DNA from: a bacterium
GTDB taxonomy: Bacteria; Patescibacteriota; Microgenomatia; UBA12405; BS750m-G30
DNA length: 39,356 nt
Assembly (NCBI GenBank): GCA_021157735.1
Contig: JAGGVZ010000019.1
Span: 1-39,356, forward strand
Reading direction: 5' to 3'
A model generated the notes under the pieces. That model ran no database searches, was not told the origin of the DNA, and saw only the letters and a program-made list of their open reading frames with translations. A program made the translations under genes and the position numbers. Positions 8,305 through 17,494 of this stretch are shown piece after piece (position 1 is the first letter of the stretch; every line of letters begins with the position of its first letter).

Positions 8305-9405
8305 TTACTTGTAGCCGATAGGTTTTTCGGTGGGGGTAAGAACTAAACTCAACCGCCGTCTCTCTTTATCAATATGCTCAATAAAGCACTTAACTTTTTC
8401 TCCCTCCTTAAGTTTTACTTTAGGAGGGATTTTACTGATATGTATTAATCCTTCTATTCCCGGCTCAAGATTTACCAAAGCACCAAAGTCGGTTATCTCT
8501 ACCACCTTTCCTTTTACCGGGGAATCAACCGGATACTTCTTTTCAATTCCCTCCCATGGATCAGGCTTTAGTCTTTTGATAGAAAACTGAAGTTTATCGC
8601 CTGCTTTATTCAAAAGCATTACCTTCACCTTTTCTCCCACTTTGAACATCTGAGTCAAATCAGTCACCTTTTCCCAGGAAACTTCAGAAATGTGGACTAA
8701 CCCTTCTACTTCTACTTCCTTGGTCAAAGGAACCAGGATAAAAAGGCCAAAGGGTTCTACTCGGGCTACCTCGGCCTCAAAAATCTCTCCCTCTTTTACT
8801 TTCTTGATAACCTTTTTCTCTTTCTCCACAATTTCCGGTTCACTCACCATCCGCTCACTAAAAACTAACCTGTTTTTCTCTTTGTCTACCTCCAAAACTT
8901 TTACTTTGATATTCTGACCCACCAAATTCTCTGGCCGACGGTGGTACTTCTTCCCAATTTGCGAACCAGGAATGAAACCAAAAAGGCCAAAGGGGGCAAT
9001 CACCACCACCCCTCCCCGGTTTACTTCTTTCCCAAAAACTTCCACTACCTTTCCTTCCTTTAAAGCTTTCTGGAAAAACTGCCAAGAAAATTCTGCGGCT
9101 GCCTTTCTTAAAGAAAGAAGAGTCTGCCCCCGCTCATTTTCCAATACCCTTACCTGAGCGGTTACCTTATCACCTACCTTCAAACTCTTAACAAATTCCC
9201 TTACCAACTCCAATTCTTTTCCAGTAACAATCCCTTCTGTCTTCCCGCCGATATCAATAAAAATTGTCTTGGGTTTAATCTCAACGACTGTTCCTTCGAC
9301 AAAATCTCCCTGCTTAATAGTAGGAAATTGCTGCTGGGAAAGAGCCAGCAGTTCCTCCATACTTTTAGGTTTTTGAGAAGAAGTTTTTTTCTTGGTTGAC
9401 GTCAT
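8305..9405 (-). CDS. rpsA: 30S ribosomal protein S1 (four S1/OB repeats)
   Basis: 366 aa with four repeated S1-domain units (G..V.G.V..I......F.D.G...EG..H.SE type). A GGAGG Shine-Dalgarno lies 10 nt upstream of the ATG. Confidence 0.85.
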   Translation of the reverse strand: MTSTKKKTSSQKPKSMEELLALSQQQFPTIKQGDFVEGTVVEIKPKTIFIDIGGKTEGIVTGKELELVREFVKSLKVGDKVTAQVRVLENERGQTLLSLRKAAAEFSWQFFQKALKEGKVVEVFGKEVNRGGVVVIAPFGLFGFIPGSQIGKKYHRRPENLVGQNIKVKVLEVDKEKNRLVFSERMVSEPEIVEKEKKVIKKVKEGEIFEAEVARVEPFGLFILVPLTKEVEVEGLVHISEVSWEKVTDLTQMFKVGEKVKVMLLNKAGDKLQFSIKRLKPDPWEGIEKKYPVDSPVKGKVVEITDFGALVNLEPGIEGLIHISKIPPKVKLKEGEKVKCFIEHIDKERRRLSLVLTPTEKPIGYK

Positions 9406-9467
9406 TAATCATTGTCCTCCTTTCATTTTTATTTTTTCCTTTACCGCTTTAAAGCGGCACTGGTTAT

Positions 9468-9505
9468 CCCTGAAAATCAGATTGCTGACGGGGGAAAGTC
9501 TTTTG
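9468..9505 (-). other. 3' strand of the 23S rRNA processing stem (pairs with 12726..12763)
   Basis: As RNA, CAAAAGACUUUCCCCCGUCAGCAAUCUGAUUUUCAGGG is near-perfectly complementary to the 5' flank CCUGAGAAUCAGAUUGCUGACUCAGGGGGAGUCUUUUG. This is the typical RNase III-type stem bracketing a 23S. Confidence 0.7.
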
Positions 9506-9923
9506 GTCGGTCTGATAGGAATGGCTCGGCTAAAATCCTTACGGATCTTACACCTGCCACCCATACCCGGTAGTCTTCCGGGGACCTGATAACGATTCCT
9601 TATCTTGGGGTGGGCTTCCCGCTTTAGATGCTTTCAGCGGTTATCCCTTGGGAACGTAGCTACCCGGCAGTGCCCTTGACAGGACAACCGGTACACCAGC
9701 GGTTCCCTCAGCCAGGTCCTCTCGTACTGTGGCCGACTCCCCTCAGGAATCAACGGTTACTGCGGATAGAGTCCGAGCTGTCTCACGACGCTCTGAACCC
9801 AGCTAACGCGGCGCTTTAATGGGCGAACAGACCAACCCTTCCCGACTTCTCCATCGGGAGGATGCGCCAAGCCGACATCGAGGTGCCGAACCGGGCCGTC
9901 AATGTGGACTATCGGGCCCGACC

Positions 9924-9956
<33 letters not shown>

Positions 9957-10012
9957 AAGCCCAGAGGCTTACCACGAGCCACTGGGGATCACTAAGACCT
10001 GCTTTCGCATCT

Positions 10013-10100
10013 CTCCGGCTTTCGACAAAGTCGAAACGTCGGAGTCGCCTCCCTTTACCTTCACCCAACCGGCTGGCAGGGATCAGATAAAGTTTGGCGA
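10013..10100 (-). other. ~88-nt expansion segment in 23S domain V
   Basis: It lies between the conserved blocks CUGCGAGACUGACGAGUCGAGC and GAUGCGAAAGCAGGUC. E. coli has only ~10-15 nt here; this gene has a long foldable insert (UCGCC...GGCGA stem plus a CGAC-UUU-GUCG tipped hairpin). Confidence 0.6.
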
Positions 10101-10376
10101 GCTCGACTCGTCAGTCTCGCAGTTAGGCTAGCTTTTGCCTTTGCACTTACACTCCGATTTCCATTCGGAGTAAGCTAACCTTTGTACGCCCGCGTTACCT
10201 TTTAGCAGGCGGCTGCCCCAGCCAAACTGACCGCCAAGCACTGTCCCCGTCCGCGTTTCCAGCGGACATAGGTTAGGTTCAGGAATGATGAAGGGTGGTA
10301 TTCCACTGGTGTCCGACGTGACGTCGGACTCCCACCTATTCTCGACAGTCATCAAACCATCCCCAATGCTAAGCTT

Positions 10377-10408
<32 letters not shown>

Positions 10409-12329
10409 AGTAACTAACCGGCATCTTCACCGGTATTTCAATTTCGCCGGACAGAGGGTCGAGACAGTTGCTCGGTCGTTGGGCCTTTCATACCGGTCGG
10501 AACTTACCCGACAAAGGACTTCGCTACCTTTGGACGGTTAGAGTTACCGCCGTCGTTCACCGGGGCTTCGGTTCTCCGCCCTCCGACGCAACGTCGGAGG
10601 ACGAATCCCCTTAACCTTCCGGCACCGGACAGGCTTCAGCCCCTATACATCCCCTTACGGGTTTGCAGAGACCTGTGTTTTTGGTAAACAGTCGCCGAGC
10701 AGTCTTTCGCTGCGGCCCCGACGTGACGTCGAGGCAGGGCATCTCCCGAAGTTACGCCCAGCTTTTTTGCCGAGTTCCTTGACCCTCCTTTATCCGACCG
10801 TCTTCCCGTTCTCCGGGTGCCCACCAGTGTCGGTTTGCGGTACGGACGCCTCTCTTTCTCTGCACGAAGCTTTTCTCGGCGCCAGAAGTCAGCTGACTTC
10901 TCCGACAAACGTCGGAGTCGCGGCTAGCCTCGCCTTAAAACGAGACGGCGGATTTCCCTACCATCTCTAGCTTGGCTAACCGATGCGGCAGTTTCACTAC
11001 CACACCCAGCCTATCCCAACGCGTCACTCCCTGCATGATAACGAAAGAGAGACGGGGCCGGAATATTAACCGGCTATCCATCGGGTACCCCCGACATCAC
11101 GTCGGGACTCCCCTTAGGCCCGCCTAACCCTCAGCCGACAAACGTTGCTGAGGAAACCTTGGGCTTTCGACGGTCCGGATTCTCACCGGACTTACGCTAC
11201 TCATGCCGGCATTCTCACTTCCCAGCGCTCCACCCCGACTTTCATCGGGACTTCACCGCCCTGGGAACGCTCCCCTACCCTCCGACGTAACGTCGGAGCT
11301 CCGTCTTCGGTAGCCTGTTTAAGCCTCGTTAAATTTTCGGCGCAGTTAACCCCCTCCGACAAACGTCGGAGTTCGACCAGTGAGCTGTTACGCTTTCTTT
11401 AAAGGATGGCTGCCTCTAAGCCAACCTCCTGGCTGTCTAGGGTTAACCACCTCCTTTACCACTTAACTTAAGTCCCGACGTAACGTCGGGACAGGCATTT
11501 GGAGACCTTAGACGGGAGTCTGGGTTGTTTCCCTCTTGCCTAACCAGCTTAGCCCGGCTAGGCTGACTGCCTCGCTAGAACACCCGGTATTCGGAGTTTG
11601 GTTAGACACTGGAGGTTGCCCCCCAAATGCCTATCCAGTCGCTCTACCCCCGGGTGCCATCACGAGACGCTATACCAATATATATTTCGGGGAGAGCCAG
11701 CTATCTCCGGGTTCGATAGGCATATTACCCCTAACCACAGGTCATCCGATAGGATTGCAGCCCTAACCGGTTCGGGCTTCCCCCCGACTTTCGTCGGGGT
11801 TCACCCTGCCCATGGTTAGCTCACCCGGTTTCGGGTCTCTTGCCAGCCGCTAAACGCCTTATTCAGACGTTTCGCTTTCGCTCCGCCTCCGTCCGAATTG
11901 CTCCGGACTTAGACTCGCGACAGGCAAGAACTCGCCGGCTCATTCTTCAATAGGCACGCCGTCAGTCCGACATAACGTCGGACCTCCGACTGCTTGTTAG
12001 CAAACGGTTTCAGGTTCTATTTCACTCCCCTCCCGGGGTTCTTTTCACCTTTCCCTCGCGGTACTATCCGCTATCGGTCGGCAAGAGTATTTAGCCTTTC
12101 CGGGTGGCCCCGGAAGATTCCCACGGAATTTCGCGTGTTCCGTGGTACTCAGGTATCCTGCACCGCTGTACTCAGTTTTCGGATACAGGGCTTTCACCTT
12201 CTCTGGCTACCTATTCCAAGGTATTCTCCTAACCTTTCCAGCGGGGGAAGCAGGACCCTACAACCCTCCGACGTAACGTCGGAGTTTGGGCTGTTCCCTG
12301 TTCGCTCACCGCTACTAAGGGAATCACAC

Positions 12330-12511
12330 CTCGCCCTCCGGGCGAGAAAGCCCTAAATCCTAATGACCTAAATCCTAAACAATATCTAACGACTAAAAAT
12401 TTAAATGCCCAAAATAAAAAATGTTTTTTGGTTATTGAGTCATTAGAGTCTTGAATTTGTTTAGGATTTCGGATTTAGAAAATTAGAGCTTCCTTGTCCG
12501 AAGGACGAGGA
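12330..12511 (-). other. Intervening-sequence-like insertion in 23S domain I: AT-rich ~135-nt inverted-repeat element (12354-12488) flanked by two GC mini-hairpins (12330-12346, 12491-12511)
   Basis: The insert interrupts the conserved GAGGAAAAGAAA...GAUUCCC region. The arms ctaaatcctaaacaa / ttgtttaggattt are complementary. The element is built from CTAAATYC octamers and is homologous to the 16S insert at 22629-22760. Confidence 0.75.
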
Positions 12512-12526
12512 TTTTTTGTTTTCTTT

Positions 12527-12565
<39 letters not shown>

Positions 12566-12725
12566 CTCCGACGTAACGTCGGAGGCTCCGATTCAACATC
12601 GGAGCGGGTTTCCCCATTCGGAGACCGCCGGATCATCGGTTGCAGACACCTCCCCGACGAGTATCGCCGTCTGCCGCGTCCTTCTTCGGCTCTTGCCGCC
12701 AAGGCATCCACCGTTTGCTTCAGTT

Positions 12726-12763
12726 CAAAAGACTCCCCCTGAGTCAGCAATCTGATTCTCAGG
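12726..12763 (-). other. 5' strand of the 23S rRNA processing stem (pairs with 9468..9505)
   Basis: ~38-nt complementarity with the 3' flank, with one small internal loop and one G-U pair. Confidence 0.7.
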
Positions 12764-12812
12764 TTAACCTTCTAACTCCATCAATTTTCAAGGTGCCTTC
12801 TCAAAAGAGAAG

Positions 12813-12886
12813 TGGACCGAAGGGGACTCGAACCCCTGACCTTCCGGATGCAAACCGGATGCTCTAGCCAACTGAGCTATCGGCCC
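12813..12886 (-). tRNA. tRNA-Ala (anticodon UGC)
   Basis: Reverse complement: GGGCCGA-UA-GCUC-AGUUGGCUA-GAGC-A-UCCGG-UUUGCAU-CCGGA-AGGUC-AGGGG-UUCGAGU-CCCCU-UCGGUCC-A. The G3:U70 Ala identity pair is present. It lies 50 nt upstream of the 23S processing stem. Confidence 0.92.
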
Positions 12887-12910
12887 TTAACTTTTAACCT
12901 TGATTTTCAA

Positions 12911-12940
12911 ATTAAAAAGCCGGGCTCACACCCGGCTTTC
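12911..12940 (-). terminator. Intrinsic-terminator-like hairpin on the minus strand, upstream of tRNA-Ala
   Basis: Minus-strand RNA AGCCGGG-UGUGAG-CCCGGCU is followed by UUUUUAAUUU. The plus-strand version has a poor U tract (UUUCCC). Confidence 0.4.
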
Positions 12941-13128
12941 CCAAAAAGACCAGTCCTTTTTTCCTAGCCTCCTTTTTTAACTCGCCAAAATTGTTTCATT
13001 CTTTTGGGAAAGCGGGTCTGAGCTTCAAATTAACAAGCTGGAGTATTATAGCGACATCGACATCCCTTTGTCAACCACAAACCTTTGTCCTTGACTTAGA
13101 AAGAGTTTTAAGATTAAATAAGAAGAAG

Positions 13129-14712
13129 ATGAAAAGAAAGTTTTTAGGGTGGTTGTTTTTGGGAACCTTTGTTTTTCTCTTTTTTTCTTGGTCTCCTGTT
13201 CAGGCAATTGGTTGGGAATCTCTTAAAAAGGCTTATGAGTTCGTCAAGGATCCCAAAGGTAATCTTTTCAAATGGGTAGGAGGAGATAATGGACTGATTT
13301 CTGCGGGAATAACAGGAATGAATCGCCTCTTAATAGGAGATCTCGAGGAAAAGAAGGAAGGAAAAGAAGAAGGATCTCTTTCTCTTCCTCCTACTGCCCT
13401 AGTCGTTCCGGGAACAAATTATTATTTTACCGGTGGTTTAGCACAACTTCCTTCTCAAGGAATCGCCATGATTTATGCTTCCCCTCCTGCTTCAGGTGTC
13501 TATTATGCAAGCACTGTTTTCCAAAAACTCCGTGGTCAACCTGTCTATGCCGCGGGTGAAGGATTTGGCTACAACCAACTTCGAGGAATTCTGGAAATAT
13601 GGAAAGCAATGCGCAATATTGCCTACGCACTTTTAACAATAGTCTTCCTCTTTGTCGGTTTGGCAATAATGTTTCGCGTTAAAATTTCCCCTCAAGCAGT
13701 ATTAACTGTTGAAAATGCTCTTCCCAAACTTATTGGTGCTTTGGTTTTAATAACCTTTTCCTACGCAATTGCTGGTTTCATGATTGATTTAATGTATGTA
13801 GTCATAGCTCTTGTTTACAATATCCTTCCTACTTCCCGGGAAGCAGCGGTAAGCCTAAATGATTTTGTTAATCAATACGGTATTTTTGGATTCGGTTGGC
13901 AATTTTTTAGGAATATTCTTTTATCCCTCAGTAAAGGTGCTCCCGGAATAGCAATACCTGCTTCTCTAACCACAGGGGCATTTGGAGCACTAGGGGGAGG
14001 ATTAATAAGCACATTTGTCTTTGGGCTCTCAGGAGGATGGGCAACACTTCCAGTCATTGGTGGAGTTATCTTACTCTTTGCCATTATCTACCTTTACCTT
14101 ATCTTTAAACTCTGGTTTAGTCTCTTAAAGATTTACTTCTCTATCGTAATCTCTATTATCTTTTCTCCCCTGATTATCCTGGCGGGAGTTTTACCCAACA
14201 GCCCTTTTGGATTTGGAAAATGGCTTAAATCTTTGGCAGCCAACCTAGCTGTTTTTCCTGCCCTTTTTGCTCTCTTTAAAATAGCCCAATATATCGTTTC
14301 CCAAGAAAAACTAGCAATGTGGAAAGCACCTATAATCAGGTCTGGGCTAGGAAACGGAGCGCCTTTTCTTATTTCTCTAGGTCTTTTATTAACTTTACCT
14401 TCGGTTCCTTTAATTATCAAAGCAGCCATCGAAGGAAAGGAGGTTCCTGTCGGAAAACTTGTAGCAGGAACTATTACCCCTGTGGTTGGATTTGTTACCT
14501 ACCCAGCCAAAACCTACCTAGGCATTCGTGAAAAAGCAGCTACCGATAAAGCGGCAAAAGACCTAGAAAGGGGAGCTAGGTTCCTCTTTTTGGGACAACG
14601 ACGAGGAAAAGAAAAATCCACTTCGAAATCTGAGGATAAAAACAAAAAAGGCAACCAGTCTAATGGACCAGGTACTGATAATGCGGGTGGAACAGGAGGT
14701 TTTATAGGCTAA
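13129..14712 (+). CDS. Polytopic membrane protein with signal peptide (possible VirB6/TrbL-like channel component; function unproven)
   Basis: ORF 12991..14712 opens on TTG. The likely start is ATG 13129 (MKRKFLGWLFLGTFVFLFFSWSPVQA signal peptide). It has a ~150-aa exported domain, then ~8 hydrophobic helices and a Lys/Gly-rich C-terminal tail. Confidence 0.7.
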   Translation: MKRKFLGWLFLGTFVFLFFSWSPVQAIGWESLKKAYEFVKDPKGNLFKWVGGDNGLISAGITGMNRLLIGDLEEKKEGKEEGSLSLPPTALVVPGTNYYFTGGLAQLPSQGIAMIYASPPASGVYYASTVFQKLRGQPVYAAGEGFGYNQLRGILEIWKAMRNIAYALLTIVFLFVGLAIMFRVKISPQAVLTVENALPKLIGALVLITFSYAIAGFMIDLMYVVIALVYNILPTSREAAVSLNDFVNQYGIFGFGWQFFRNILLSLSKGAPGIAIPASLTTGAFGALGGGLISTFVFGLSGGWATLPVIGGVILLFAIIYLYLIFKLWFSLLKIYFSIVISIIFSPLIILAGVLPNSPFGFGKWLKSLAANLAVFPALFALFKIAQYIVSQEKLAMWKAPIIRSGLGNGAPFLISLGLLLTLPSVPLIIKAAIEGKEVPVGKLVAGTITPVVGFVTYPAKTYLGIREKAATDKAAKDLERGARFLFLGQRRGKEKSTSKSEDKNKKGNQSNGPGTDNAGGTGGFIG

Positions 14713-14714
14713 GA

Positions 14715-17423
14715 CTAACTTTTAAATTCTTCTTCCACCGACTGCAAAAGAGCTTTAAAGAAGTACCCTAACCAACCAAAAAGTAAAAATCGAGCCACCA
14801 ACGGACTCCGCAGAGAAACTCCAAAGTTAGCGTCATAAAAAATCCCTACCTTCTCCTTGAGCGGGTTTTTCCAGGCTTTCCTTCTTAAACGTTTTTCTCC
14901 CTCCTCAGTAATCAGATTATTTTCCCGAGCAAACCCTATTATTCCCGTTTTCACTACATTAGGCATCAGATAATAATTTTCTACTTGCATCCTCCCATGC
15001 CGGCTGTTAATAATCTTCAACAGGCTGGCTAGAATAACTTGCTCCATCACATCCTCTTTAGTTAATACCCAAGGGGGAATCCTATCACCATGTATCCCTG
15101 CCCGCGAAAGAAGAAAATTATTATTGGGATCATGGAAAAACTCTAAAAGTTTCTGAAACTCCTCTTCTGTAGAAGGAGGTAACGAGGAAAGTCCTAACTC
15201 AGCAAGTTTCTTTCTCATCTCATCCAAATAACCCAATGTCTTTGCATATTTCTCCCCTAAAAAGTTCTCTTTTCCGCTAGATTTAATAAACGCCAGAACT
15301 TCTTCAGAAGTTAATGCTCCCCTTATCTCCACTAAAACAACTTTATCTTTTCCTCTATCATTAGGATTCTCAGGATCTGCATAACGAACCACTTCTATTA
15401 GTACTTCTTTGCCATTAATTATTTTTGTGTAAATCAAACTTCCTTTTACCTTCTCCCCATTATCGTCTATACTTTCCACTTCATTCCCATTCCAATCCAA
15501 CAACCTCCTCCCTAGTAGTTTTCCATCTACTACTTTTAACTTAAATCCCGCTGCCTCCAATCCTTTTACGTCTGTTATTATCATCTGATAACACTCCGTA
15601 ATTCCCAAACCCATTTTCGGTCCTACCTCTTCTCCTTCTGGAGTCCTAAAAAGTCTCTGACTAGATTGCTCTCCAAAATAAACACCAAAACGCCCTACTC
15701 CATCCACCCAATCATAAAAGCACAACCCTTTTCGGAAATCCTCCGGAAGAAGTTTAGTGTAGTTTTCTATTCGGAAAAACCGGAAAAGAGTAAAAGACAT
15801 CTCCAAGTAAAGCTTTATCTCCGCAATGTCTTTGTCCTTGAAAAAATCCTCCTCTTCCTTTAACTTCTGTGCTATTCCCTCCAAGGCTTTATCTAAACTT
15901 TTCTGGTCAGTCGCTTTTCTCAAATCACTGTTCTCGTCACTATCCGCCGCAAAAAGAGCGTCAAAGGCTTCCTTCATACCCTGCGCCGTCATTATTCTTT
16001 CTAAATCACTCAAAGGGAGATTATTCTTCACCTCCCGCAGTTCTGTTGGAGTCCTGACGCGAGCAAAAGGAACTATTTTTATCAAAGCCGCCCACAAAGA
16101 AATATTTTCATCTAGTTTTTTCCTTTCCTCTCCTTTCGCTCCCTGAAGTCTCTCGGTAAAAGTCTCCAGCATCCACTTTACCAAAGGAAGATTTTCTATA
16201 GGAACTCCGGCTTGGGCTAACCTAAGAACATAAACCGCCGCATCTACAACATCCTTCTGCGTTAACTCTTTTTTCTTTATTAATTCTGTCCACCTTCTCT
16301 TCCTTATTTCTTCTAAAGACGTTCCCTTCAGGTGACGCCACAGACTTTCCACCCATCCTCCGTACTGAGAAACCAAATTCTCTTTTGGTTCTTTTTCTAT
16401 TTCCGACAACGCCTCATTAACTGCCTCTGCCCACTTTATCTTGTCAACTATTGATCCTACCTTTCCCAGCTTCTCCAAAAATTCCTCTGCTTCTTCTTTC
16501 TTTTTATTTATTTCTTTCCAGCGATTTTCAAGATAGCTACCCAGTTCCGGGTCTATGCTTCTTAGTCTATTCCAGAAATTTTCTTGGGCTACAATTTTCA
16601 ATAAAATATTGTTTATCTTCTCTTCTTCCGGTTCCTCCTTTGCTTCAGCCTCTGCCACGGCGATAAGTCCAGAAAAGGAAGTTATTTCTTTCTCTTCCAA
16701 AACCTCCTTTTCTTCCTCATTAAGGCCTTCCACCACTTTGGAGAAAAGTTCTCTGTCCGCTTTCTGCATTTCCAAATGTCGTTCTGCCCTCTTTATCTGT
16801 CTTAAGGCAAGTTCCAACCCTACCTCCTCCGGATCTCCTCCACCTCTCTTTACAATCCTCTTAAGTTTCTCCAAGTTTTTTCGGTGTTCTTTTAATTTTT
16901 CTATTGATTTTTGAATTTTTCTCGAAGAAAAAGATTTTATCTTTTCTTTTGAAGGAATCTCTTCTTCTTTAGGAAGAACGAGAGACAGAACTATTTCTCT
17001 TTCAGACTCCTGAACTACCTTTTGAATCTCCGGTAGTTTTTCTAATTTTTCCAATGACTCTTTTACGTTTTCCTCGGAAAGCTCTTTCTCTTCCTCTACT
17101 AAATGCCTCACCACCGCTGCCTCTATTGCCTCTTCTATTTTCTGTCTTGCTACTTCTTTGCTTTCGGTCTCCTCCGATAATTTCTCTACTGCCTTCTTTA
17201 TTTCCGAACTTATTTTCTCAATCTTCTTATCTTCTTCTTCCTGCTGGTCTTGAAGCGATAAAAATTCCAAAAGTAATTTCTCAATCCCTCCCTCGGAGGA
17301 ATCAGTACCAGATTGGGAAGCATTCTCTTCAGAAGAAGGCTTTTTCTTTTCTTTATTTTCTTTTTCCTTTCCCCTCTTTTTCTTTTCGTCTTCTGACCGG
17401 TTGGGTTCTGCTCTCTCTGCCAT
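14715..17423 (-). CDS. Large (902 aa) hypothetical protein: E/K-rich coiled-coil N-terminal half, unknown globular C-terminal half, C-terminal hydrophobic helix
   Basis: Long uninterrupted ORF. The first ~330 aa are extremely Glu/Lys rich. The C-terminus LVARFLLFGWLGYFFKALL looks like a tail anchor. I recognise no family motif. Confidence 0.72.
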   Translation of the reverse strand: MAERAEPNRSEDEKKKRGKEKENKEKKKPSSEENASQSGTDSSEGGIEKLLLEFLSLQDQQEEEDKKIEKISSEIKKAVEKLSEETESKEVARQKIEEAIEAAVVRHLVEEEKELSEENVKESLEKLEKLPEIQKVVQESEREIVLSLVLPKEEEIPSKEKIKSFSSRKIQKSIEKLKEHRKNLEKLKRIVKRGGGDPEEVGLELALRQIKRAERHLEMQKADRELFSKVVEGLNEEEKEVLEEKEITSFSGLIAVAEAEAKEEPEEEKINNILLKIVAQENFWNRLRSIDPELGSYLENRWKEINKKKEEAEEFLEKLGKVGSIVDKIKWAEAVNEALSEIEKEPKENLVSQYGGWVESLWRHLKGTSLEEIRKRRWTELIKKKELTQKDVVDAAVYVLRLAQAGVPIENLPLVKWMLETFTERLQGAKGEERKKLDENISLWAALIKIVPFARVRTPTELREVKNNLPLSDLERIMTAQGMKEAFDALFAADSDENSDLRKATDQKSLDKALEGIAQKLKEEEDFFKDKDIAEIKLYLEMSFTLFRFFRIENYTKLLPEDFRKGLCFYDWVDGVGRFGVYFGEQSSQRLFRTPEGEEVGPKMGLGITECYQMIITDVKGLEAAGFKLKVVDGKLLGRRLLDWNGNEVESIDDNGEKVKGSLIYTKIINGKEVLIEVVRYADPENPNDRGKDKVVLVEIRGALTSEEVLAFIKSSGKENFLGEKYAKTLGYLDEMRKKLAELGLSSLPPSTEEEFQKLLEFFHDPNNNFLLSRAGIHGDRIPPWVLTKEDVMEQVILASLLKIINSRHGRMQVENYYLMPNVVKTGIIGFARENNLITEEGEKRLRRKAWKNPLKEKVGIFYDANFGVSLRSPLVARFLLFGWLGYFFKALLQSVEEEFKS

Positions 17424-17494
17424 TTCCCCTTATTTTACCCCAAACAGGCAGTTTTTTCACCTGGGTTGCCCCTGAAGAGGAAACCCGTTAAAAT

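Noticed and set aside
9406-9497. Looked for a 5S rRNA downstream of the 23S
   Set aside because: Only 92 nt are available. They are accounted for by the processing-stem strand, a small hairpin and the rpsA ribosome-binding site. No 5S-like conserved loops are seen here or elsewhere in the window.
10895-10910. Perfect 16-nt palindrome gaagtcagctgacttc adjacent to a family hairpin
   Set aside because: It is probably just another rRNA helix in a variable region. It does not share the CCGAC stem, so it is not counted as a family member.
12330-12511. Group I/II intron or homing-endonuclease insertion in 23S (and 22608..22781 in 16S)
   Set aside because: The inserts are ~130-180 nt and AT-rich. 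They have no ORF, no P3-P8-like core and no domain V-like element. They are too small for self-splicing introns, so IVS or expansion segment is the better description.
12991-13128. TTG-initiated 46-codon N-terminal extension of the membrane protein ORF
   Set aside because: The extension has no hydrophobic or signal character and runs into the rRNA-operon upstream region. ATG 13129 gives a canonical Lys-rich n-region plus signal peptide.
15666-17491. Plus-strand ORFs antisense to the 902-aa gene (15826..16146, 16555..16914, 17054..17491 and others)
   Set aside because: They are the mirror frames of a GAA/AAG-rich coding region and give Ser/Leu/Phe-rich low-complexity translations. The long minus-strand ORF explains the region.
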